Source: Anthoceros angustus (lineage: Eukaryota > Plantae > Anthocerotophyta). From it: a stretch of DNA of 64,000 nt. The notes under the pieces are model-generated. The model had not been told where the DNA came from, ran no database searches, and was given only the letters and a program-made list of their open reading frames with translations. The stretch's first letter is position 1. Each line of letters begins with the position of its first letter. A program made the translations under genes and the position numbers. The stretch spans positions 248,001 to 312,000 of the forward strand of contig VJWM01000202.1 in the NCBI GenBank assembly GCA_010909165.1, in the 5' to 3' direction. Of the stretch, positions 12,017 to 22,739 are shown one piece after another.

Positions 12017-13786
12017 TCAGTAGGGATATGGCTCTATGAGCTGTCTCTCATAAGGGCCAATGTAAGTTTGGCCGCTCACCTCGCCGCTTCCTTGGGGAGT
12101 TTTGTCGGCCGCAAGTTTGTCAGCGTTGAGGCGGAGGAAGACATTGTGAAGGTCGGGGATGCCGGAGTTTAGAAGCCTCAAGGAATGGCTTGTGAAGCCG
12201 TCTACGCTGTTCAAGCGCACTGTGAACTTGGTGCGATTATGCACAGTCTTGACTGGGTAAGTACGGCCGACGCCTCTGGGGTGGAAGGTGGGGCTGTCGG
12301 CACTTGGTTTCTGTTCTTCGGACACAGTGGGATCGAGGTGCAGATACTGGTTGAAGAGAAGCGACTTGATGGCGTACACCTCCCCTCCGTCGGCGGTGAG
12401 ACCCTGCAGAACTAGCTGGAACCTTTCGTAGGTGAAACGACCCACTTGCAGATTCACCACACCCCCCGACCCGTCGATGCGGAGATAGGCGTTTGGTGTG
12501 CCTGTGGAGCGGATGGACACGGGGATGCCGAAGGGCCGTGCATCCGGTGGAGGCGACGGCAACTCGAAGTGGAATAGGTTGGTGGCGGTGTTGCCGGGGA
12601 AGTTCCAGGTGCCGTCAATCACCTGCTTGCCATCCTTGAAGGCTAAATTGCCGGTGTAGAGGACGTCGGGGTTGGCGGTGGGTACGACGTTGGCGTGGAG
12701 GTACTGCTTGCGGAGGACGACCTGGTCCTTGCCCACAAGTTCACCTGCAGGCAGGGAGGCGGCAGGTAGGTAGGCAGGTAGGCATGCTTAAATATTCGTC
12801 GTCATTCGAAGCAATTGCATGGATGATGGATTGATAGTCAGTTCTCTTGAGAATTTTTGGTTTTTGGTCATTAGAGCAAGGTGTGTCACAAGTGGAAGGT
12901 GGTGGTTATACAAACCTTCTCATATGAATTCACCGACGTCGTCGTAACCATGGCCAGTGTAACTGGAGCCTGCCACATCCAAGTTGAAACTGGTGCCGGG
13001 GTGTTGCTGCCCATCTTGCACATAATGTCCTGTCCAGGGTCCTGTGTAAAGCGTTCCCTGCCACGTTTCCGAATCACGAAAGGTGGATATTGCAAGAAAT
13101 CTAAAGCAAGTCTACAGCAAGCAAATGAATTGATGTGTGGAGCTGAATTCAGAAAACGAATGAATTCAACGCTAGCCTTCGGTTTTTAAGCTTCATTTAC
13201 CTCGACCCCAACGAAGAATTTGTTGCTGGCAGAGGCATCGCCCCACAAACCTTGAATCACATTCCGGCCATTCTCAAAAGACTTGGTGCCAGTGTAATCG
13301 AAGGATACTGTGGAGTCGAGGTAGAGTTTGTGAAGTGTGACTTTGCCGGTAGTAGGATCAAATTCACCTGCGGGGCTCCGAAGGAGAGCATCAACCATGA
13401 ATTTGACGAGTTCTCAGATCCAACCCACTCGAGGGCGCACAGGCGCATTGACAAGCAACCGACCTAAACATTTGCTTGGTAAGAACGTAGGACAGCTCCT
13501 GCTGGGCGTACCGGTCCATATGAAATCCCCTTGATCGTCGGAGCCACTGCCGTAGATCTTGGTAATGTGGCTTGCCACCTATATACCGCTTCACAAGAAC
13601 CACATTCCGGCTGCTATCGATCTGGCCTTTCCAAGTCCAGGAGCCTAGGCCGTCGATACCCGAACCGGAGAGCGTGACGCCATCGGCAGCGGTGATGAGG
13701 AAGGTGAACTCGGATCCCACAGAGATGGGCTCTTTGGTTCCGTCTTGCTCGTACCAGCCAGCCCAAGCTTCCGTGGTCACACCCAT
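12017..13786 (-). pseudogene. 4-exon gene: three repeats of a ~110-aa beta-rich domain plus a C-terminal fascin/ricin-like beta-trefoil; carries frameshift(s) and one TGA
   Basis: Exons approx 13512-13786, 13201-13367, 12916-13100 and 12017-12744 with GT-AG ends. The repeat motif W.G.Y.QDG...G.G.D..G.F.W.G...V.L.K.Y...Y.G...G.W recurs three times. Trefoil blades: NAYLRIDG..VVNLQVGRFTYERF, NQYLHLD, NVFLRLNA..GQTYIGPYER. TGA at 12920-12922 sits where W is expected. Confidence 0.7.
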
Positions 13787-15521
13787 GGGTATGTCCGTGT
13801 GCAGGTAGTCTATCCACAGAGGTTCAGGTCAAGATCACGAGCAGAGGTAGCTGGCCGCATTGATCTTCCCATCACATTGCTGCTTCTTTGTAGCCAGCGC
13901 GGCATGGGAGGTAAGGGGTAGGAACGAGAGGCAAGCTGGTAACTCGATATGCACTAATCAATAAAATAAGGTTTCGTCACCATGTAGCACAAGCAGCTTC
14001 CTTCCTGGATATCCTTTTTTATTACACCTTTATTGTATATATTAAAGAAACTTAGAGGTAGCTTCTCGGGGTCCTTCCTGGAAAACCAGATCAGGAGATT
14101 TCTTGTTAGTGACCTTTTGATGCTCAACAAAGAACATACGAAGAACGTATGTCCTACGCAAGCTTTGTCCCCGACAGTGGCGCTCTTGCATACTTCATTT
14201 CGTAGTTCATTCACCTTTTGTGCCTTTTGTGCAGATCCTTTTCATGTCAGACACCAGTTGATTGAGGACGAAATTACGGCCCCTCGAAATGCTGAGGACC
14301 AAGCAAACAAAGATTATTATTACAACAAGGAGGCCTTTAGGGTAGGTTAATCCTTCCTGGTTGCCATCATTCATCTGTACATCCAGGACAGCTGCGTAAA
14401 TCCTCTTTATCTGTTTGTACTGATACAGGTCAGACGAAAGTATTTCTATAATATCTCTTCGATGAAAAATATGCTTCAAGAATTCATTCCCAAGCTGTCT
14501 CATCCTGCCGACGAAGTGATATTCCAAGTAATAAGTATATTGTTACGATTAAGGCCAACTGTAAATGCCCTTCTAAGGAATCTGAACATTTCTCTCCATG
14601 CTGTCTTGGGCAGGATTGGGATGGACCGTATGTCACAGGACCAGGTGAAGGTTTTCTTCAGTGGAAGTTCATGCATCACATTGATTTCCTGCTGAAGGTG
14701 CTCGAGAAACCGCCCGTGGATCTGGAGCATTTTTCTGACCGTAGACCATGCTTAGTCCTCTTGTGACCTGCTTCACTAGGTTTCACCCGGTCAAGGCCAA
14801 CCGCATGTCTATTTGGTGGAAGACGGGGACAAATTAAAGGAGGTGGCAGTCAAGCTTCTGACGTTTCCTGGTAAGCTACTTCTTCAGATCGTTTCACCTC
14901 ACAAGCTGTCCCCGCTCCTCCTCTGCGTAATTCGTCTTTCTGAATAGAATCTGCGGATGGACAAAAGCTGTCCAACAAGGTTATCAAATGTGCGTGGCAT
15001 CCCATTGAGAAGAACTGGAAAGTTGTGGACACGCAGACAGGAAAGAAAACGGCAAGTTCCTGGACGGAGTACCAGAAGGTATGTTAGGTCTCTCGAACTC
15101 CGAACAAGAAACAGTGCTTCTTGGCATGACTACCCTGAGAAGCCCAGTTAAGCTTCAAACCCGTTGCATCACAGGTTCTCGAGATGGTTGCAAAGACATA
15201 TCTCAGACAAGCTTGATTGCTGATCTTGCGAACCTGTCCAGGAGCCGCCTCTATGTTGCCAGAGACCGCCCCTATGCCGAAGTTCAGAAACGCTGAACTA
15301 CTTCAGGGACGTACGCGTAGACCCTCCCTGAAGATCATTCGGCTTCACTGGATGTAGGTAGATACTCCCATGCTGCATGCCACTGGTGCAATCATAAATC
15401 ATCCTGGGGTAGAAAGCCACAAATCACCGCATCCCAATGGGGTTTGTTGGAAAGTCACAAATCGCTGCATCCCACTGAGGCTTTTGGGAAACCGGTGAAC
15501 TGTAAGGAAGACACTTGATCA

Positions 15522-15662
15522 CCATGTCCAACTCCTTGCTCAACGAGTCTAACTGCTGCCCCTGCTCACCGTGTCCAACTCCTTGCTCTGCCCTGCTCAC
15601 CGTGTCCAACTGCTGCCCTGCTCACCGTGTCCAACTCCTTGCTCAACGTGCCCAACTGCTGC
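15522..15662. repeat. ~45-bp imperfect tandem repeat (CTGCTGCCCCTGCTCACCGTGTCCAACTCCTTGCTCAACG), also present at 16327-16425
   Basis: Both copies read directly from the sequence. Confidence 0.9.
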
Positions 15663-15959
15663 TGTTCATCTAGTTGTTCTTGCATATTAGTTATCTTCTG
15701 CTCCATACCTTTTGCATGAGTTATCTTCGGCTCCATACTGAGGTCTCCTCAAGAGGTGGAGTTAGTTGGGGTCAGTCTCAAGAGGTGGAGTTAATTGACT
15801 GGCATCCACAGAGGCGAGATGAGAGAGTAAATTTACAGTGCCAAATTTACACGCATGGCGCCAGTACTGCCAATGGAGTGTCTTGGCTTACGAGTAGAGG
15901 TCGTCACGCTGCAGTACATTGACATGTATACATAATAGCTTGCAGAGTCGCATGTTGCA

Positions 15960-17249
15960 GGCACACCACCTGGTACGCCTACGCTGCCGGCGCCGGAGTG
16001 GCAGGGACAACGGACAAAAACTACCCCGGCACCTGGTGGCAGGTGGGCTTCGACTCCGCGGGGCCCAACCTCGTCACCTTGTTCAACTCCTACAGCGATG
16101 GCATCCTCTCCAATAACCGGGACTCCCAGGTGGTGGACACCACCAAGGTGTACGGAACGCGCATCTGGTGGTACTTCTATGAGACCACCCAATCCGGCCA
16201 AGCTGCGTACAACATCGCTAACGTCCAGGGCAAGCAGGTGTTGTACGAGTTCTTCTCCTTCAACGGCGCCTACACTCTGGATGGCGCTACTGCCTTCACC
16301 ATCGTCACCTCCACCTGGTACGCCTACTGCTGCCCCTGCTCACCGTGTCCAACTCCTTGCTCAACGTGCCCAACTGCTGCCCCTGCTCACCGTGTCCAAC
16401 TCCTTGCTCAACGAGTCTAACTGCTGCCGGCGCCGGAGTGGCAGGGACAACGGACAAAAACTACCCCGGCACCTGGTGGCAGGTGGGCTTCGACTGCGGG
16501 CCCAACCTCGTCACCTTGTTCAACTCCTACAGCGATGGCATCCTCTCCAATAACTGGGACTCCCAGGTGGTGGACACCACCAAGGTGTACGGAACGCGCA
16601 TCTGGTGGTACTTCTATGAGACCACCCAATCCGGCCAAGCTGCGTACAACATCGCTAACGTCCAGGGCAAGCAGGTGTTCAAGGAATTCCTGTCATTACG
16701 GGCGTGTACACAAAAGAGGGGGCCACCGCCTGGACCCTGACCGGGGTCACCTGGGCGACGCCTCCTCCGGCCGGCACGGTGGACATCAGGGGCCGGGTGG
16801 GCACGGGTCCCATCCAGCTCGCCTACGTTGTGGGCACCACCACCTGGTACGCCTACGCTGCCGGCGCCGGAGTGGCAGGGACAACGGACAAAAACTACCC
16901 CGGCACCTGGTGGCAGGTGGGCTTCGACTCCGCGGGGCCCAACCTCGTCACCTTGTTCAACTCCTACAGCGATGGCATCCTCTCCAATAACCGGGACTCC
17001 CAGGTGGTGGACACCACCAAGGTGTACGGAACGCGCATCTGGTGGTACTTCTATGAGACCACCCAATCCGGCCAAGCTGCGTACAACATCGCTAACGTCC
17101 AGGGCAAGAAGGTCGCCAACCAGTTCTTCTCCTTCAACGGCGCCTACACTCTGGATGGCGCTACTGCCTTCACCATCGTCACCTCCACCTGGTCTTCTGC
17201 GCATGCTGGCCTGTCCCCTCTGAGCCTCAGGGGAGCTGCGGACGTGTGA
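15960..17249 (+). pseudogene. Tandem beta-trefoil (ricin-B-like lectin) domain gene, three near-identical ~270-bp core copies, disrupted
   Basis: Core TTWYAYAAGAGVAGTTDKNYPGTWWQVGFDSAGPNLVTLFNSYSDGILS...WWYFYETTQSGQAAYNIANVQGK occurs at approx 15965-16233, 16425-16670 and 16840-17107. A full unit is ~145 aa with three W-containing subrepeats. Acceptor ttgcag at ~15960. Confidence 0.6.
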
Positions 17250-17309
17250 GTTTCGCCTTCACTTCCTACTCCGTTCCTGGTACTTTACTACCACCTAATG
17301 ATATAGCTT

Positions 17310-17660
17310 TCAATTGTTTAATTGGAGTTGGCGTGGAGCCCAAGTTCCCAGTCCCATGAAAACCGTTGAAAGCTTGCATAGAATGTTGGAAACTGTTTCG
17401 AATGTTTTCCTCCTGCCGACGTTCCCAGCACAGTGAACATTCAGGCTCTCCAGTACCACGGCCTTCAGCTGCATGCAGCAGAGGCTCGAGGATGTGCTGG
17501 GCCACAGGCCCGCCCCCGCATGCACACGCATCTGACGTAGCTCCTTCCCGTTCACTAGCTCTGCCAGCGTGAACTGAGTGGCGCTGCCCGGGGTGTCTGT
17601 GCCAGCGTTCAGTAGAAGCTCTGAGCATACAACAATGTAGGATCTGCAGGTCGCCCAGAT
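17310..17660 (-). pseudogene. Cytochrome P450 fragment (I- and K-helix region)
   Basis: ELLLNAGTDTPGSATQFTLAELVN (AGTDT I-helix motif), LKAVVLESLNVH (decayed ExxR K-helix) and STVFMGLGTWAPR. Confidence 0.7.
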
Positions 17661-17769
17661 GCAGCAGCCCCTGCACATATCTGCCTCCCCTGGCTGCCGG
17701 ATTCCCTGTGATGGGAGGGAACACAATTATTTCAAGGAAAGGCTGCCTGGACGTTTGCCTGCATTTCCC

Positions 17770-18410
17770 ATTGGGGGCTCACCAGCAAGAGAAGAAAATT
17801 ATGGGATTTAGTCCCCCATGTGTCTTGGAATCCAAGCGACGGACTTGGTAACCAACTCAAATGTCAGCAATCCGCAATCTCGCCTGCTTGCATTTCTCGT
17901 TGTGAGCCTTCTTTAAGGGCTCACCAGCAAGCGAAGAAAAGCGAACGACTTGGTAATCAATTTTAATGTCAGGCAATCGGCAATCTCGCCTGCTTTTCGA
18001 ACCTCCAACCCCTGGATGTAATCTGATATATTCTCATTGGATGCAACTGGCAAGTGTCATGCCGTGTGATACTAATCTCTGCACTTGGGTTTAAGTGTTT
18101 GATTAGCATTAACTAATCTAATTACTTATCTTTAAGTAAGTAATTAGTGTTAATTAATCCAAGATGTTTATATTAATTAAGCATTAATTAGTGTTATTTA
18201 ATCTAAGGTGCTTATGTTAATTAAGCATTGATTAGTGTTAATTAAACATGGTTAGCAATAGCTAAGTGGATAAGCTCAAGTAATATGCTTGGCATATTCC
18301 TTGCATATTATAGTATATTCTTAGAATACAATAGCTAAGTGGATAAGCTCAAGTAATATGCTTTGGCATATTCCTTGCATATTATAGTGTATTCTTAGGA
18401 TATTTTACAT
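17770..18410. repeat. AT-rich region with small tandem duplications (~130 bp x2, TTAATTAAGCATTAATTAGTG-like units, ~72 bp x2)
   Basis: GGGCTCACCAGCAAG..GACTTGGTAA..CAATCTCGCCTGCTT occurs twice; CAATAGCTAAGTGGATAAGCTCAAGTAATATGC occurs twice. Confidence 0.85.
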
Positions 18411-18719
18411 ATCTTGATGCCAATAAGATATCTTAGAATATGTCATGCGGTCTAGTATATATAGACCCTTTCATTGAGGATAAAATTTCCATCGTAGGCA
18501 CTGCAGATATGTCTGGTGTTGTGAGGAGGCCAAAGCATCAGGAGGCGATGTGTGAGAAATTTTCTTTGTTATTCTCGTGGGAGTATGTTTGTCTTGCGTC
18601 AGCTACTCACTCGTGGTTCGCATATCTAGGTGCGTGTGGATTTGTTTGCTTGGTTGTTGATCGAGGAAGTGCTTATATGAATTCAAGTGCTTACCTCGTG
18701 CGACACAAGTAACTGCTCA

Positions 18720-21250
18720 AACCAAACCAGAATCACCTTCCCAAGGATGATTGGGACCAACAGAGAGAGAACTTGATTTCCTACCCAAGACCTGACATTC
18801 CCCTATCTAAGCACCCATGTTGAACCATGTATTCTTCATATCTTCCTCATATCTCCTTTCCCCGCAGTATACTGTGTCCTTGCTCCAGGTGATCGCTACC
18901 CGCCCTTCCCTTATCTTCGGATCCCAGTCAACTAGTTTGAAGTGTATCTCCTTCCAAGTGTAGTTTTGTCCGAGCGAGTCCCGGACGCCCCAAGATTCGT
19001 ACTCTGAGGTCCGCGGGCTTGATGACCACGAAGTCCAATGTAGGTGCCCTCGCTATGGTTGCTTGGACTCGGACAACTCCTCACGTGGGCGTATGTCCGC
19101 CATCCCGAGGGTTTTGGTGATGGCTCAAATGTTGTGAACCCTAACCGCCTTCTCTCCTTGATGGCCTCCGTGATGAGGTTGACTCGACCGTGTCCAGGTA
19201 CGCTTTTGATCACGGACCCGCCGATTTCATTCAACCACCACCACGGTCCAGATGAGATACCACTCTTACGCCCACGTTTGGTCTTACGACCCGAGGCGAC
19301 GGGCGTGGTTGTGTCTCCTTGATGGCCTCCGGACTTCGCCGATACTGGATTGTCTCTTAACAATCGGGAGTGACACTGTGTGTTGTTGGTCCATCATCAA
19401 GTCGCCATCTTTCATATCTTCCTCATCTCCTTTCCCCGCAGATATCGCGTCCTTGCTCCAGTGATCGCCACTGCCTCTTCCCTTATCTTGGATCCCACCA
19501 ACTAGTTTGAAGTGTATCTCCTTCCTTCCAAGTGTAGTTTTGTCCGAGCGAGTCCCAGGACGCCCCAATCAGTACCCGTGAGGTCCGCGGGCTTGACCAC
19601 GAAGTCCAATGTAGGTGCCCTCGCTATGGTTGCTTGGACTCGGACAACTCCTCACGCGCTGGTGACATACGTCCGCCATCCCGAGGGTTTTGGTGATGGC
19701 TCAAATGTTGTGAACCCTAACCTGTCAGGCCTCCGATGAGGTTGACTCGACCGTGTCCAGGTACGCTTTTGATCACGGACCCGCCGATTTCTACCGAACC
19801 ACCGGCTTCGGTCCGTGATGAGATACCACTCTTACGTCCACGTTCTTGGTCTTACGACCCGAGGCGTATCGGCGTGGTTGTGTCTCCTTGATGGCCCTCA
19901 TACTTTGATTGTCTCTCAACCGGGTTTGAGTGACACTGTGTGTTGTTGGTCCATCATCAAGTCAGCCATCTTGAAGGGCGTGGGCGGCTCCGCTGAGTCG
20001 CGTGTCCGCCGTGATTCTTTCTAGCGCTCCGCCACTGCTCCCCGGACCCTCCGCTTGATCTCCTCAAGCATCTCCGCTACTTCAACTATCCGGTGGAAAC
20101 CGGGTGTTGCCTTAGTGGGTCCGCCCTCCGCGATCGCTTTCAAAAGTTTCTTCTCGAGTGATTCCTGTGTAGCTCGCCCGATCCAACTCGCCTTCCTTGG
20201 ATGGCTCCCCCACCTTCGCGAGGGGTCCGTCCTCCGTATCCGTGGTGCTCTCTCCATTCTTCTTCCTCTTTAATTGCCTTCTCTCTTTTCGCTCCTTCCG
20301 GCGGCTTCAGGTTGACACCTCCAGTACCTCCAGGGCTGCCTTTTCCTCCTTAGTCGAACCCGTTTCGTACCACTCCGCCCCAAGTTCCCTTGGCGCCTCC
20401 TCCCACTCCGCCACTGCCCTGCATCTCAATCAGGCAGATCGGCTGGGCCTTAGGGAGAGGGGTGTGGGGGTCGGGTTTCCCCCAAACTGGGTGGTACAGC
20501 AAGACCGCCTCGAGCGAGGGTTGGACACAAGGTATGCCATATGTCCCCGCCTTGCAATCCCCACACAGCGCTCAAAATCCCGTTACCTTGCCGAGTGGGT
20601 ATGGGCACGCATTGGAGTAGTGCCTGGTTCCATTAGGCCCGCGAGACCACCGCCGGAGAATTCCGAAGGCTCCCATGCGCCGCATCGGGGTCGATGCATG
20701 GATGGTCCGCCGAGGGTACATCGTCTTTGGATACTGCCTGGCAGATGCTTCCTCGCACTTGGTACGTGCCTCGCACGCCTCGACTCTTCCCGTAGTCGAC
20801 TCCACCGGTTTACGGGTCCGGAGGCGCTTTAGGGCCTTCTTGAATGCCTATGCCGGTGGCACACCGCACACCATAGATGAGTCCGAATCAGTAGTACGCC
20901 TTCCGCCGTTCTCTATCCTTCACCTGGTTGATCGTCAATTCTTCCACCCTCTTCATTACCCGCTCCAGATCTTCCCTCAACCCCGCTACTTCTTTCAAAG
21001 GGGTTGGATCAGTCGGAACCTCCTCGCCTGTAGGCATCACGACCTCCTTCTTCTCGACCCTCCGCTTAACTGCGGGCTTTTTCTTCTTATTCCTTCGGCG
21101 AGGTTCCTCCTCCTCCATGGCATCCTCGGATTCTTCTTCGGAGTCCTCCTCGGAGGAGGACTCCTTAGGACTGGTGACGGCTCCTGGTCACTAGTTGGAA
21201 GGGTGGACACCGGGTCTAAAGGTTCACAAAAGCCACCCAAAACCATGTTT
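18720..21250 (-). mobile_element. Ty3/gypsy-like gag-protease remnant containing a ~575-bp tandem duplication (approx 18832-19410 / 19405-19970)
   Basis: Protease C-terminal pattern VRVQATIARAPTLDFVVIK...RILGRPGL is present in both duplicate units; upstream charged gag-like segments (EEEEPRRRNKKKK..LREDLERVMKRVEELTINQ). Confidence 0.55.
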
Positions 21251-22739
21251 TCCTGATTTCATTAAAAAAATCAACTCCTGAAACTAGGAGCAAATCATAG
21301 AGGGATCTGTTTTCCCGTGTTTGTATGTCCGCATCTCATATTAGTTTGGCTAACCAGGTACATTGCCTATAAACGCAGATTTGAAAATCGTGGCAATTTT
21401 GTATGGACAACAAAAGGCAACGCCAATGGAAAGTCCACGTGTGTTGCACGGTGTCCACCGTCATGGTCGCCGCCTGCATTAGTGGGAGGGTCGTGGTGGC
21501 ACCGGACGCCTGCATAAACCTTGCATCTCCGCCCAATGTCGCGGAGTGGAGGAAGATTTCGACGCCTACCGCTCATGTCTCACACCGAGCGACCCCGTCT
21601 GCGAATCGCTTGGAAGTGGCTTGCCACGGAATTTTGCAAGCGATGGAGACCCCACCTCGGCCGACTCATCAAACGAGAATTCCACATGGGCGATGGAAAT
21701 TGGAAGTTGCCCACCGGTGGCAATCACAACATGGGCAGTTCCTTTCAAGCACGCTGGAGTGATCCCCGCTTCATTGCTTGGTCCTTAAGGAATTTCGGTT
21801 GAGGCGGAGTCGGTGCAAACTCGACATCAAGGTAACGTGTTGATCAACACCGGATTCCACTCGGGTTGGAGCGGTGAATGGTGTGGAGGGCAAAGGAGCA
21901 CCGACATGTCCAGTGTACTTACCGTGGTCAAGGATAAAATTGGAGAAAGTCATATTGCTACATGTGTGTACCGAGGCGGTGTGTTAGTGCAAATATGTGA
22001 AAGCGTTGAACATCGTTGTTTCAAGTTGGATTGTCACATGACATCCATTGTCATCTTCGACACCGTGTTTTATCTCGTGGGTTTACAACATACATAGTCT
22101 TCCTAGGGAGATTAGGAAACGATTTGGCGATTGTATTGATCTCGCTGCACGAATGGACGCACGCTTCTTTGAAAATCGGTCCGTTGTTTCGTGAAATCCA
22201 TACCTTGCCTCGACATGCACGCCCATGATCTCGCTCATCAAACACCCGGCCAATCACCGAACACATTCTCGAATCGCCACCACTCCCATGCTTCCTAGCT
22301 TGCGTGCTCCACCAGACCGTGTTCGTTGTCTAGGTCTCGCCTGGACCTTGCACGATGTGTTTGTTGTGTTCATAGCCCGCTTGCATGCACGTTCTACCAG
22401 TGCGATACCACCGGTGTCCGGTGCTTAAGACCCCACACCGGTCCTCCTACCGTAATCCTCGAAACAAACACGTAGCCTATCCACCGTCCGCACGACACAC
22501 CTCGATCCGTGAAGCAAAGTTTTCCAATCCTACATCCCCACCATCCGGGCCGCTACACACCCGAGGAGGGTGCTCTTCGCCTCCTTCACTTGCCGCCCGC
22601 ATCCCCAAGGACCATTGAGTTGTCGCTGCATGCTTCACCACTTGCCATATGACCCTTGGTCTCGGGCTTCCTCGTTGGTCTCGCTCAACGACACATATGA
22701 ACCCCGAGCACCGCCCATGTTGTTCACCATGGGCTCCTT

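Noticed and set aside
13950-15300. Coding-like fragments on both strands
   Set aside because: No recognisable motif or consistent splice model.
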